Assembly (NCBI GenBank): GCA_944372335.1
Contig: CALVYQ010000003.1
Coordinates: 68,093 to 132,092, forward strand
Direction: 5' to 3'
DNA length: 64,000 nucleotides
Origin: an uncultured Clostridia bacterium
Lineage (GTDB): Bacteria; Bacillota; Clostridia; Christensenellales; UBA1242
The notes under the pieces are model-generated. The model was not told the origin of the DNA, did not search any database, and saw only the letters and a list, made by a program, of their open reading frames with translations. Below are positions 45,636 to 54,585 of this stretch, in pieces (the first letter of the stretch is position 1; each line of letters starts with the position of its first letter). A program made the translations under genes and the position numbers.

Positions 45636-46265
45636 ATTATACCATACCAAAGAAATAAAGGGAACTAAAATTTCTTGGAACTCTATATTACCTACAATTG
45701 GATTATACCATACCAAAGAAATAAAGGGAACTAAAATAAGTATGCGGCGTGCTTTTTTCTTAAATTAATTATACCATACCAAAGAAATAAAGGGAACTAA
45801 AATGTGTTGACACTACAAATGCAGGTTTCAGATATTATACCATACCAAAGAAATAAAGGGAACTAAAATATGTTAAAATATCTCCTTTTTTAAATTTTTA
45901 TTATACCATACCAAAGAAATAAAGGGAACTAAAATTTGAGTGAAGTGTTTGAAGCTCTCTTTTTAATTATACCATACCAAAGAAATAAAGGGAACTAAAA
46001 TATTCCCGCAAGGTTACCTTGTGGTGTGGTTATTATACCATACCAAAGAAATAAAGGGAACTAAAATGAGTATAATCTTCTTCTCGTTGGCTGTTAAATT
46101 ATACCATACCAAAGAAATAAAGGGAACTAAAATTAAAAAATTAAAAGAGTTTGATGAATAGGAATTATACCATACCAAAGAAATAAAGGGAACTAAAATT
46201 GTGTGCTTTGCTTTATCTTCTTCAATCTTATTATACCATACCAAAGGTAAATTGTGGCGAAAAAC
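45636..46265 (-). CRISPR. CRISPR array, type II-C-like repeat; 9 full repeats + 1 truncated, 9 spacers of 30 nt
   Basis: Exact 36-nt repeats start at 45636, 45702, 45768, 45834, 45900, 45966, 46032, 46098 and 46164. The unit at 46230 keeps only the first 17 nt. Minus-strand repeat: ATTTTAGTTCCCTTTATTTCTTTGGTATGGTATAAT. Confidence 0.9.
46230..46246 (-). promoter_or_regulatory. Repeat-embedded extended -10 promoter (TGGTATAAT); representative copy in the truncated first unit
   Basis: Every repeat ends (minus sense) in TTTGGTATGGTATAAT. The truncated unit retains exactly this part. Confidence 0.5.
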
Positions 46266-46278
46266 TCTTTTTATAACT

Positions 46279-46306
46279 AAAAATAAAAAAATACCCATAA
46301 GGATAT
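46279..46306 (-). terminator. Weak terminator after rplS
   Basis: ATATCC-TTAT-GGGTAT (one G-U) followed by TTTTTTTATTTTT. Confidence 0.45.
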
Positions 46307-46307
46307 T

Positions 46308-46658
46308 TTATTTATTGTCAGCTGATTTAACTTTTGCAGCCTTGCCCGTGAGATTTCTAACATAGTAAAGCTTTGCTCTCTTTGGCTTGCCCTTTCTAGT
46401 CACTTCGATGCTAGCAATTTTTGGTGAATGGATAGGATAGGTTTTCTCCACGCCAACGCCATAAGAAATTTTTCTTACAGTGAAGGTCTCTCTAATTCCA
46501 CCGTTCTTTCTGGCAATAACCACGCCTTCAAAGGCTTGAATTCTTTCCTTGTCGCCTTCCTTGATTTTGACATTGACCTTTACAGTGTCACCAATAGAAA
46601 ACTCAGGAACATTCTCTTTCATGTTTTCTCTTTCAATTTGGTCAATAATATTTGCCAT
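46308..46658 (-). CDS. rplS: 50S ribosomal protein L19
   Basis: 116 aa; typical L19 sequence ([35 protein letters not shown]...RRAKLYYVR-like). Confidence 0.95.
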   Translation of the reverse strand: MANIIDQIERENMKENVPEFSIGDTVKVNVKIKEGDKERIQAFEGVVIARKNGGIRETFTVRKISYGVGVEKTYPIHSPKIASIEVTRKGKPKRAKLYYVRNLTGKAAKVKSADNK

Positions 46659-46731
46659 GACTTATCTCCTTTTTTCAGATTTTCGACATGATGCTCATAA
46701 AGCTTCCAGCCCCAGCGGAACACCCGAAGTC
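46659..46731 (-). promoter_or_regulatory. Structured GC-rich 5' leader of rplS (L19-leader-like)
   Basis: GGACTTCGGGTGTTCCGCTGGGGCTGGAAGC lies between the predicted TSS and the RBS. An autoregulatory L19 leader is known in low-GC Gram-positives. Not verified by a covariance model. Confidence 0.35.
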
Positions 46732-46737
46732 CATAGA

Positions 46738-46766
46738 ATTATAGCATAAAGATTTGTAAAAAACAA
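46738..46766 (-). promoter_or_regulatory. rplS promoter
   Basis: Minus strand: TTGTTT, 17 nt, TATAAT, with the last three spacer bases forming the extended -10 (TGCTATAAT). Confidence 0.5.
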
Positions 46767-46816
46767 GTGTTTATGAAAAAATTTTATAAAATTATTCATC
46801 TTTCTATATAGAGAAC

Positions 46817-47434
46817 CTATTTAATCAAAAATTCATGCGGAATATTTTTGTCCAAATATTTTAAAAATTCCTTTTCCGCACTTTTATCGGCCGTGCCCTC
46901 AATATGATTGTAGTGCGTTGCAATGACAAGTTTTGGCTTTATTATATTTGCAAGCCTTGCCCCATCTTGAGCGTCCATAGTGAAAGTTCCACCAATAGGC
47001 ACAAGAAGAACATCAGTTTTTATATTAGCTAGTTCCTCCGTTAAATCCGTATCACCGCAGATGGTATATCTAGTGCCGTCAATCTTCACCGTATAGCCAA
47101 CAAAGCCCAACTCTTTAAAATGATGATGTCCAAAATTGTATGCTGGGAAAGTTTCATATTTTACGCCAAGCACTTCGCCCGACATATTTGGCCTAACCAA
47201 AACAATCTTATTTTTAAAGTTTTTCTCCAATATCTTTTTGCTGTCTTCTGTGCAAACAAAAATAGTTTTATCATTCATCACTTTTTTTATAGATTTGATA
47301 TCCAGATGATCAAAATGCGAGTGAGTGATAAAGATTACTTTGGCATTTTGCGGGCTAGCTTCCACATCAAAAGGGTCAAAATAAAATTCATCATCAATAC
47401 AAATAGAGCTGTGGCAGTTAATTTTTATATTCAT
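46817..47434 (-). CDS. MBL-fold metallo-hydrolase
   Basis: 205 aa; THSHFDH motif. Confidence 0.7.
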   Translation of the reverse strand: MNIKINCHSSICIDDEFYFDPFDVEASPQNAKVIFITHSHFDHLDIKSIKKVMNDKTIFVCTEDSKKILEKNFKNKIVLVRPNMSGEVLGVKYETFPAYNFGHHHFKELGFVGYTVKIDGTRYTICGDTDLTEELANIKTDVLLVPIGGTFTMDAQDGARLANIIKPKLVIATHYNHIEGTADKSAEKEFLKYLDKNIPHEFLIK

Positions 47435-47445
47435 ATTTACTCCTA

Positions 47446-48156
47446 TTAACCTAAAAATTTTCTTGTTTTTAATTCTTCTAAAAACTCTCCATCACTTTTA
47501 TTGGTAATTAAATTTGGCAGAACTTTAACTCCACTTTTGCCACCCTTGTGAAATTCGGCAACAACAAGATTGACCGCACCTTTACCATTTTCTGTGAAGA
47601 ACATCTTTTTCAGTGTCAAGTTCTTTCTTTCGCAAGCTATGATAAGTTCAGCTAGTCGCTCCGCTTTATAAACGATATAGAATCTCCCTCCAAATTTAAG
47701 CATACCACTAGCACAATCAATAAGTTCATTAAGCTTCAAACATTTCTCTTCTTTTGCTATTCTTTTCACCTCATTCATTTGGAAGTTAGATTCTAAAAAA
47801 TATGGCGGATTTGAGAACACAACATCAACAGAACCTAAGGCTAAATATTTTCTATAATTTTTTACATCATCACATATTAATTCTAATTTTTCATCTAAAT
47901 TGTTTAATTTTATGTTTTTTTTGCATAAATTTTGCATTTTTTCTTGAATTTCAAAGATTTTTATTTTTTTAAAAGAATTTTTTGCAGTTAAAAGAATGGA
48001 GATAACGCCACTTCCGCCACCAATTTCAACAGCCTCTTCTTTCGCTTTAAGTTTAACAAAATTGGCAAGAATTACTGCATCACTCGTAAAGGTATATAGA
48101 CTTGTATCTTGAATTATTTTAAGCCCATTGCATTCTAAATCTTCTAGCCGTTCCAT
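47446..48156 (-). CDS. SAM-dependent N6-adenine methyltransferase (YabB/TrmN6-like)
   Basis: EIGGGSG SAM motif and FSNPPYF catalytic motif; lies downstream of holB-ricT, as in Bacillus. Confidence 0.65.
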   Translation of the reverse strand: MERLEDLECNGLKIIQDTSLYTFTSDAVILANFVKLKAKEEAVEIGGGSGVISILLTAKNSFKKIKIFEIQEKMQNLCKKNIKLNNLDEKLELICDDVKNYRKYLALGSVDVVFSNPPYFLESNFQMNEVKRIAKEEKCLKLNELIDCASGMLKFGGRFYIVYKAERLAELIIACERKNLTLKKMFFTENGKGAVNLVVAEFHKGGKSGVKVLPNLITNKSDGEFLEELKTRKFLG

Positions 48157-48165
48157 TTTACCTCA

Positions 48166-48972
48166 CTAAAATTTTATTTCGCTTAAATCGAATGTCTTTA
48201 CCTCACTGTCCTCACCTTTGACAAATTTAACATCAACCTGTCTATCCAATAAATCGTTATATACAACAGTTCCTTGCCCTTCTTTGGTGTTTACCGTACT
48301 TCCCACTTTAGGCATAACTTTAAGGGCTTCAACATAGGTTTGATTTTCATAGGCAATACAGCACATTAATTTTCCACATAGTCCACTGATACTGTTAGGA
48401 TTAAGTGATAAATTTTGATTTTTTGCCATCTTCATAGAGACATGGTCAAATTCACCAAAATTTTGCACGCAGCAACAGATTTTTCCACATGGGCCAAAGC
48501 CTCCAAGCATTCTCACTTCGTCTCTACTTCCTATCTGCCTTAGTTCTACACGTGTTTTAAAAGTTTCCGCAAGTTTTTTTACAAGGTCACGGAAATCCAC
48601 TCTGTTGTCCGCAGAAAAGTTGACAATTAGCTTGCTGTTATCAAAACTTGCTTCAACCTTTACAATCTTCATTTCCAACTTAAAAGACTTTACTATTTCA
48701 ACGACTTTTGGCATCAACTTTTCCGCTTCTTTGTCGTACTCTTCCGCCTTTTTAACCTGCTCAGGTGTCGCTTTAAAGAGAACATTTTTAAGCTCACTTG
48801 TAAGTTCATCTGCTCCTATTTCATATTTTTCTTTAACAACAACACCCAAATCACGGCCTTTTTCTGTTTCAACAATACAGTAATCTCCTCTTTTTAATTC
48901 CAGATTGTTAGGAGAAAAACTATAAATATGGTTGCTGTTTTTAAATTTTATGCCGACAACTTCTATTTGCAT
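48166..48972 (-). CDS. ricT: PSP1-domain protein RicT/YaaT
   Basis: VELRQIGSRDEVRMLGGFGPCGKICCC ... LSLNPNSISGLCGKLMCC closely matches B. subtilis YaaT. Confidence 0.9.
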   Translation of the reverse strand: MQIEVVGIKFKNSNHIYSFSPNNLELKRGDYCIVETEKGRDLGVVVKEKYEIGADELTSELKNVLFKATPEQVKKAEEYDKEAEKLMPKVVEIVKSFKLEMKIVKVEASFDNSKLIVNFSADNRVDFRDLVKKLAETFKTRVELRQIGSRDEVRMLGGFGPCGKICCCVQNFGEFDHVSMKMAKNQNLSLNPNSISGLCGKLMCCIAYENQTYVEALKVMPKVGSTVNTKEGQGTVVYNDLLDRQVDVKFVKGEDSEVKTFDLSEIKF

Positions 48973-49904
48973 ATATATTTAACCTCCAAAATTTTCAATA
49001 GTAATTGTTCTTCTGCTACCTGCTCGTTGACATTCGCCTCTCGCTTTCTCATGAATAGAGAGATAAGTGAGTTGATTTCACATATAGCATTTATAGAAAA
49101 TTCACTTTCCACGCTTTTTAATGCATCTTTATATAGTGGAAGCGAACAGAGTTCTTCTTTTTCCGATTTAATTTTGATTAAATCTTCCAAACAGCGAATG
49201 TAAATTTCAAATATGAGACGTATATCCTCTTTATATTGCATTAAGTTTGTTGAAAATTTTAACACCTGTCCGCTATTTTTTAAATCTGTCACAAGTTTTA
49301 CAGCAGTTTCAACCACCTCTTCAAGGTTAGCCTTTTTTGAGTATTCTTCATAAAGGCCAACATACCCCTCACTTATCATACCTGCAAGAGGATTTTTTAC
49401 AAGTGCATCAAACTTTTCCTTTGGCAATTTTTCAAGCACTATCTTTTGACACCTAGATTTTATGGTTGGCAAGATTGTGGCATCACCTTTACAACTCAAA
49501 AGAAAATAGACATTTTTTGGTGGCTCTTCCAAGACTTTTAAAAGCTTGTTTTGTGCCTGCTCAGTGGATACATCAATATTTTTTATTATGAAAACTTTAT
49601 ATGCGTGAACGGCAGGTTTAATATATACCTCGCTAACAATCTCATTAGAATCAGATACCAACAATTTTTCATTGTTTTTAGGATATATTTTGATATCAAC
49701 ATCTGCCCCATTCTTAATTTTTAAGTACTCAGCACTATTCTCATCAAAAAGTTGATAGGTTTTGTAGTTTATTGAAAGAGCAGTCATGATGAGTGCGACT
49801 TCATTCAAACGCTCGTCAATACTTTGAAAAAGAAGAGCGTGCGAAAGGCGACCACTTTGTAGCCTAATAAAATCTTCCCCTTTGATTATTTCTGCAATAT
49901 TCAT
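48963..49904 (-). CDS. holB: DNA polymerase III delta' subunit
   Basis: 313 aa; LSHALLF, KVFIIKNID, NKLLKVLEEPP motifs; synteny with ricT. Confidence 0.8.
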   Translation of the reverse strand: MNIAEIIKGEDFIRLQSGRLSHALLFQSIDERLNEVALIMTALSINYKTYQLFDENSAEYLKIKNGADVDIKIYPKNNEKLLVSDSNEIVSEVYIKPAVHAYKVFIIKNIDVSTEQAQNKLLKVLEEPPKNVYFLLSCKGDATILPTIKSRCQKIVLEKLPKEKFDALVKNPLAGMISEGYVGLYEEYSKKANLEEVVETAVKLVTDLKNSGQVLKFSTNLMQYKEDIRLIFEIYIRCLEDLIKIKSEKEELCSLPLYKDALKSVESEFSINAICEINSLISLFMRKREANVNEQVAEEQLLLKILEVKYICK

Positions 49905-50021
49905 GATAATATTTTAACATAACAACAAAAAAAAGTAAACATATTTTAAATCATTAGCTTTTAACATCAATAACTATAATTTTATAAAAATTATTAATTA
50001 ATAATTAATTAAAAATTAAAT

Positions 50022-50069
50022 AATAAAAAAATTCTAAAAATTTATTAAAAAATAGCAAATTTTTAGAAT
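50022..50069 (-). terminator. AT-rich hairpin terminator after the ATPase gene
   Basis: 12-bp stem ATTCTAAAAATT/AATTTTTAGAAT followed by a T-run on the minus strand; only one G-C pair. Confidence 0.4.
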
Positions 50070-50086
50070 TTCAATTAATTTTTTTA

Positions 50087-52684
50087 TTATTTTTTTGATT
50101 TTTTAATTAATATTCTTTTTTCAATAATTTTATAAAGTTCGCCGATAAAAATAATAGAAACGGAAAGAATAAGCACAACCAGCCAGCAGGAAAAATCTAG
50201 GCTTGTGAGTTTTAAAATATCTTTAAAGGAAGTTGTTGCGATAAGTGCAAGTAGCCCAAAGCCGACCACTATTGAAAGAGTGAAAAATTTATTTTTAAAT
50301 GGATTAGATTTAAAACAACACTCCTTTGAACGTGCTGTGAACATATAGAAAAGTTGAATAAAGTTTAAGGTGTAAAATGCCATCGTCATAGCTACATACT
50401 CATTATAGCAAAATAGTCCTATAATATAAGCTGATAGAGTGAGAATGGTTTGGATAGAGCCTAAAATTATAATACTTGTTCCTACGCCGTTTGAGAAAAG
50501 CCCGCTTGATTTACTCCTTGGCTTTTCGTTCATCACGCCACTTTCCACTTTTTCCATGCCAAGTGCTATTGCCGGTAAAGAGTCAGTGATTAGGTTTACG
50601 AAAAGAATTTGCACAGGAAGAAGAAAAGTTTTATTTGGAAAGATGATTGTGACAAAAAATAGTGCCAAAATCTCTGCCATATTTGCAGAAAACAGGAATT
50701 TAATAGTCTTTTGTATGTTGCTATATATTTTCCTGCCCTGTTCTACGGCTATGACAATCGTAGCAAAATTATCGTCAGTGATGATTAAGTCAGCAACTTC
50801 CTTCGTGACATCTGTTCCACTTTTGCCCATGCCAATTCCGATATTTGCCTTTTTCATGCTTGGAGCATCATTGACACCATCGCCTGTCATGGCAACATTA
50901 TGGCCATTTTTCTTTAACGCCTCGACAATTTTTTCTTTATGTTGAGGGCTGACACGTGCAAACACCGATACCTTTTCGACAACTTTTAAAAATGCTTCTT
51001 CACTACATTTATCAATATCTTCACCGGACATCACTTCTTTCATGGAGCTTGCTATACCTATCTTTTTTGCTATCGCATAAGCAGTATCCTTATAGTCGCC
51101 GGTAATCATCACAGGACGCATACCAGCCTGCTTACACTTTTTAACCGCATCAAATATCTCCTTTCTTGGCGGGTCAATCATGCCAACAAAGCCCAAAAAG
51201 ATAAGATTATCCTCATCTAGGTCACCACTCTCTTTAAAGGCAAAACTAAGAACTCTTAAAGCATTCTTGCACATCTTTGAATTAATAGCCAAGATTTCTT
51301 TTCGCTTTTCTTTTGTTAATTCGACAATACCATTAGAGCAAGCTATCCTGTCGCATTTATCTAAAATTCTGTCTATCGCACCTTTAACAAAGACAACTTT
51401 TCTTTCGCCAATTAGATTCAAAGTGCTCATCATCTTACGCTCTGAAGAAAAGGATATCTCTTTTAGACGCATAGAAGTTTCCTTTTCTTTTAATATCCCT
51501 TTTGTTTTTGCATAATTTAAAAGTGCAACTTCGGTGGAATCTCCAACATAGCCATTTTTGCCTAATTGCCCATCGTTGCAAAGCACCATATCCTTTAAAA
51601 GCAAGTCAAAATACACACTTTTTTCGTCAAAGTTCGACCATACTTCCTGCACAGTCATCTTGTTTTCTGTTATCGTTCCGGTCTTGTCTGAACATATAAC
51701 ATCACAACAGCCTAGCGTCTCTACTGCGTGCATCTTTTTGACAATAGCCTTTTGTTTGCTAAGTTCTGCAATGCCCAAACTCATGATAATCGTAATCACC
51801 GCTGGCATACTTTCAGGAATGGCAGCAACAGAGATTGCAACTGCCGTTAAAAAGGCATTCAATATCTCAGTTGGCCTTGCAATTGCTTCCAGAATAAAGG
51901 TAATTGACGCAATGAGAAGAATGATATATGTGAGCACCTTACCGACCGATTGTATGTTTTTTTGAAGAGGAGTGAGTTCCTTTTTTGTCTCTTTTAAACT
52001 TTCGGCAATCTTTCCAAACTCAGTCTCTTTGCCAAGTGCCATAACAACGCCCTTGGCATGGCCATTTTCCACAACGCTACCAAGATATGCGACATTTTTT
52101 CTGTCAGCAATTGCCATATCAACAGAGTAGTCTATGTCAGCACTTTTGGACACCGCCTCACTTTCTCCGGTGAGAGCAGACTCATCAATCTTAAGGTTGG
52201 CACTTTCAATAAGCCTCAAATCAGCTGGCACAATAGAGCCCGCTTCTAGCATCACAATGTCACCATGAACAAGACTACTGCTTGGAATTTTCTCCACCTT
52301 TCCAGCTCTTAAAACAAGCGTGGAAGACTCTGTCATCTTCTTTAAATTTTCTATTGCTTTCTCTGTTTTATACTCTTGAACAACACCAAATATCGCATTC
52401 ATAATGACAATGCCAAGTATTATCGCTCCGTCAGCTATCTCGCTTGAAGAGTTTTCTATGATTCCAATAACAATAGAAACAATGGCAGAAATTAAAAGAA
52501 TAAGCACCATAAGTTCTTTAAGTTGTGCCAAAAACTTTATGAATAAGTTTGTCTTTTTCCCTTTTTCTATTTGTTGCTCCTTACTTTTCGAGATACGCAT
52601 ATTTACTTCGTCAAGATTAAGCCCACTAGCTCTTGACGACATCAAAGATAGACACTTTTCAATTGAAAACTTATAAAATTCCAT
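50087..52684 (-). CDS. Calcium-type P-type (P2) cation-transporting ATPase
   Basis: 865 aa; CSDKTGTITENKM phosphorylation site, TGES, MITGDYKDTA, TGDGVNDAPS; ~10 TM helices. Confidence 0.85.
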   Translation of the reverse strand: MEFYKFSIEKCLSLMSSRASGLNLDEVNMRISKSKEQQIEKGKKTNLFIKFLAQLKELMVLILLISAIVSIVIGIIENSSSEIADGAIILGIVIMNAIFGVVQEYKTEKAIENLKKMTESSTLVLRAGKVEKIPSSSLVHGDIVMLEAGSIVPADLRLIESANLKIDESALTGESEAVSKSADIDYSVDMAIADRKNVAYLGSVVENGHAKGVVMALGKETEFGKIAESLKETKKELTPLQKNIQSVGKVLTYIILLIASITFILEAIARPTEILNAFLTAVAISVAAIPESMPAVITIIMSLGIAELSKQKAIVKKMHAVETLGCCDVICSDKTGTITENKMTVQEVWSNFDEKSVYFDLLLKDMVLCNDGQLGKNGYVGDSTEVALLNYAKTKGILKEKETSMRLKEISFSSERKMMSTLNLIGERKVVFVKGAIDRILDKCDRIACSNGIVELTKEKRKEILAINSKMCKNALRVLSFAFKESGDLDEDNLIFLGFVGMIDPPRKEIFDAVKKCKQAGMRPVMITGDYKDTAYAIAKKIGIASSMKEVMSGEDIDKCSEEAFLKVVEKVSVFARVSPQHKEKIVEALKKNGHNVAMTGDGVNDAPSMKKANIGIGMGKSGTDVTKEVADLIITDDNFATIVIAVEQGRKIYSNIQKTIKFLFSANMAEILALFFVTIIFPNKTFLLPVQILFVNLITDSLPAIALGMEKVESGVMNEKPRSKSSGLFSNGVGTSIIILGSIQTILTLSAYIIGLFCYNEYVAMTMAFYTLNFIQLFYMFTARSKECCFKSNPFKNKFFTLSIVVGFGLLALIATTSFKDILKLTSLDFSCWLVVLILSVSIIFIGELYKIIEKRILIKKSKK

Positions 52685-52905
52685 TTAACTCCCTAGATAG
52701 ATGCATATATATGAGAGCTAAACTTGAATTTATGACTTCAAATATATATATTCCATATATTAGAAATAGGTTAAAAAATATAAAAAACTGTTTTTGTAGA
52801 GCTAATTTTCAAATTTTAACTAAAATAAATCTAAAAAATTAAAATTGTAGAGATGAATTTTGAAAATAATATGCTATAATCATTATGACAAAAGGAGAAA
52901 ATATT

Positions 52906-53778
52906 ATGAAAGCACCAGAATTAAACATGGGACAAAAATTAAAAATGTTCCGAGAAATTAACCACCTTTCACAAGAGAAGTTGGGACAAAAGTTGAATGT
53001 ACCCGACAAAACGATATCGGCATGGGAAACTAGCGAGCGTGATATCAGCCTGCCAAACGCAATAATTATTGCAGAACTATTCAACATACCAAAGGAATAC
53101 TTTGTCTTTAACGAAAATTTCTCAAAACTAAGCTATGATACGCAAAAACAAATTTTTAGCTATTTAGAAAAACAAAGATACAATTTCGCTATGAACAAGA
53201 TTATAGCAAACTGCAAAAATAAAATAGAAAATGACGGCTTGCCGTTAAAAAAGGAATACATGCCTAAATTTGATGAAACAGACGGGAAGTTTGTAAGCTT
53301 CGGCATTTTCAACAAAGACAAATTACCAATCAAATCAACAGATGATAATGATATTGATAACAAAAATAACTATCAATATAGCTCTTCTGCACTTGCAAAA
53401 TACAATCTAACTGATGTTTTAGAAAGATTTAATAGTGACAAAGTGGAATTAAAAGATTTAAAAGACTGCAACAACTTAAAAGTTTTCAAAACAACTCTTG
53501 AAAGAATGAGAAATAGAAAATATCTTACTCAATCTAGGCTTGGACAAGAAGTCGCTGTTGAACCTAAAAAAATAATTCAAGAGCAACTAAACTATGTTTT
53601 AGAATATTTAAATCCAGAGCTATCTAATTTTTATCAAATTGTGCTATTTTTGATTGAAAATGGTGCGTATTATGAACTTTTAGTAGGTGCTGGTGACGAT
53701 GTTGTTTGTTGGGAAAAAGTGAAAGACACCAGCAAGACAAATTGGGCTTATAGACTAGCCAAAGACAAAATAGACTAG
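52906..53778 (+). CDS. XRE-family HTH protein with an uncharacterised C-terminal domain
   Basis: Start at ATG 52906 behind AAAGGAGAA; LSQEKLGQKLNVPDKTISAWE HTH; ~220 aa unknown C-terminus. Confidence 0.7.
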   Translation: MKAPELNMGQKLKMFREINHLSQEKLGQKLNVPDKTISAWETSERDISLPNAIIIAELFNIPKEYFVFNENFSKLSYDTQKQIFSYLEKQRYNFAMNKIIANCKNKIENDGLPLKKEYMPKFDETDGKFVSFGIFNKDKLPIKSTDDNDIDNKNNYQYSSSALAKYNLTDVLERFNSDKVELKDLKDCNNLKVFKTTLERMRNRKYLTQSRLGQEVAVEPKKIIQEQLNYVLEYLNPELSNFYQIVLFLIENGAYYELLVGAGDDVVCWEKVKDTSKTNWAYRLAKDKID

Positions 53779-53782
53779 TTTT

Positions 53783-54541
53783 TTAATAGATAACAAAGAA
53801 TGTAACCACGCTTAAAAGAAGAAGATAACAAGAGAACCACCAAAGCTTGCCCTTTTCTGTCAGCTTCATCATAAACTTTATGGCAAAAATACCACTTAAA
53901 AAGGCAATGATGAAGGCGATAATTATGGCTGATATTGGATAGGAAATTGCAATACCGCCACTTATTCCCTCATATATCTCCATAATAAGAGAAAGCAATA
54001 TGATAGGTATGCTCATCAAAAAAGAGAATTTGGTGCATTCTTTTTTATCTCCTCCTGCAAGAATGCCCGCACATATAGTTGAGCCAGAACGTGAAATTCC
54101 CGGAAAAACAGCAAAGCCCTGTGCTATACCCATGACAATTGCCGTTTTATACGAAAATTCTTTTTTATTCTTAGCAAATAATTCTGTTACAACAAGCAGT
54201 ATTGCTGTAATCAAAAAAGATATGGGAAGAAAATTTCCGCCAAATGAGGCTTTTATTAAAGGCATAAACACAAGGGCAATTATGCAAGTTGGAATTGTTG
54301 CCACCACAAGCATTATCGTATTTTTTGAAAATGGAAACTTGATGAGTTTAAGAATATCACGCCAAAACACCACACAGATGGAAAGTAGCGTTGCGATATG
54401 CAAAATAATGGATATGAAAAGACTCTCTTCAACACCAAATATATTAGACAAAAGCACAAGATGACCACTTGATGAAACGGGCAGAAACTCAGTAAGCCCT
54501 TGAACAAGTCCCATAAAAAATAAAACAAGGAAAATGGACAT
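53783..54541 (-). CDS. uppP: Undecaprenyl-diphosphate phosphatase
   Basis: LTEFLPVSSSGHL and PGISRSG motifs; start at ATG 54541 behind AAGGAGG. Confidence 0.9.
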   Translation of the reverse strand: MSIFLVLFFMGLVQGLTEFLPVSSSGHLVLLSNIFGVEESLFISIILHIATLLSICVVFWRDILKLIKFPFSKNTIMLVVATIPTCIIALVFMPLIKASFGGNFLPISFLITAILLVVTELFAKNKKEFSYKTAIVMGIAQGFAVFPGISRSGSTICAGILAGGDKKECTKFSFLMSIPIILLSLIMEIYEGISGGIAISYPISAIIIAFIIAFLSGIFAIKFMMKLTEKGKLWWFSCYLLLLSVVTFFVIY

Positions 54542-54585
54542 ATTGCCTCCTTGTTTTATTATATTTATATGCACTCTATATTATC

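Noticed and set aside
45672-46229. Possible self-targeting of the resident prophage by array spacers
   Set aside because: I looked by eye for the GC-rich cores of several spacers (for example CCCGCAAGG, GCGGCGTGC, CTCGTTGGCTG, ATGCAGGTTTC) in the prophage. I found only chance matches of up to 9 nt. This is not an exhaustive search; BLASTN is needed before ruling it in or out.
46014-46298. 94-aa minus-strand ORF (repeated ILVPFISLVWYN motif)
   Set aside because: It lies entirely within the CRISPR array. Its internal peptide repeats are simply the translated 36-nt DNA repeats.
52839-53087. 82-aa minus-strand ORF
   Set aside because: It is antisense to the 5' end of the XRE gene, whose HTH motif and RBS are convincing.
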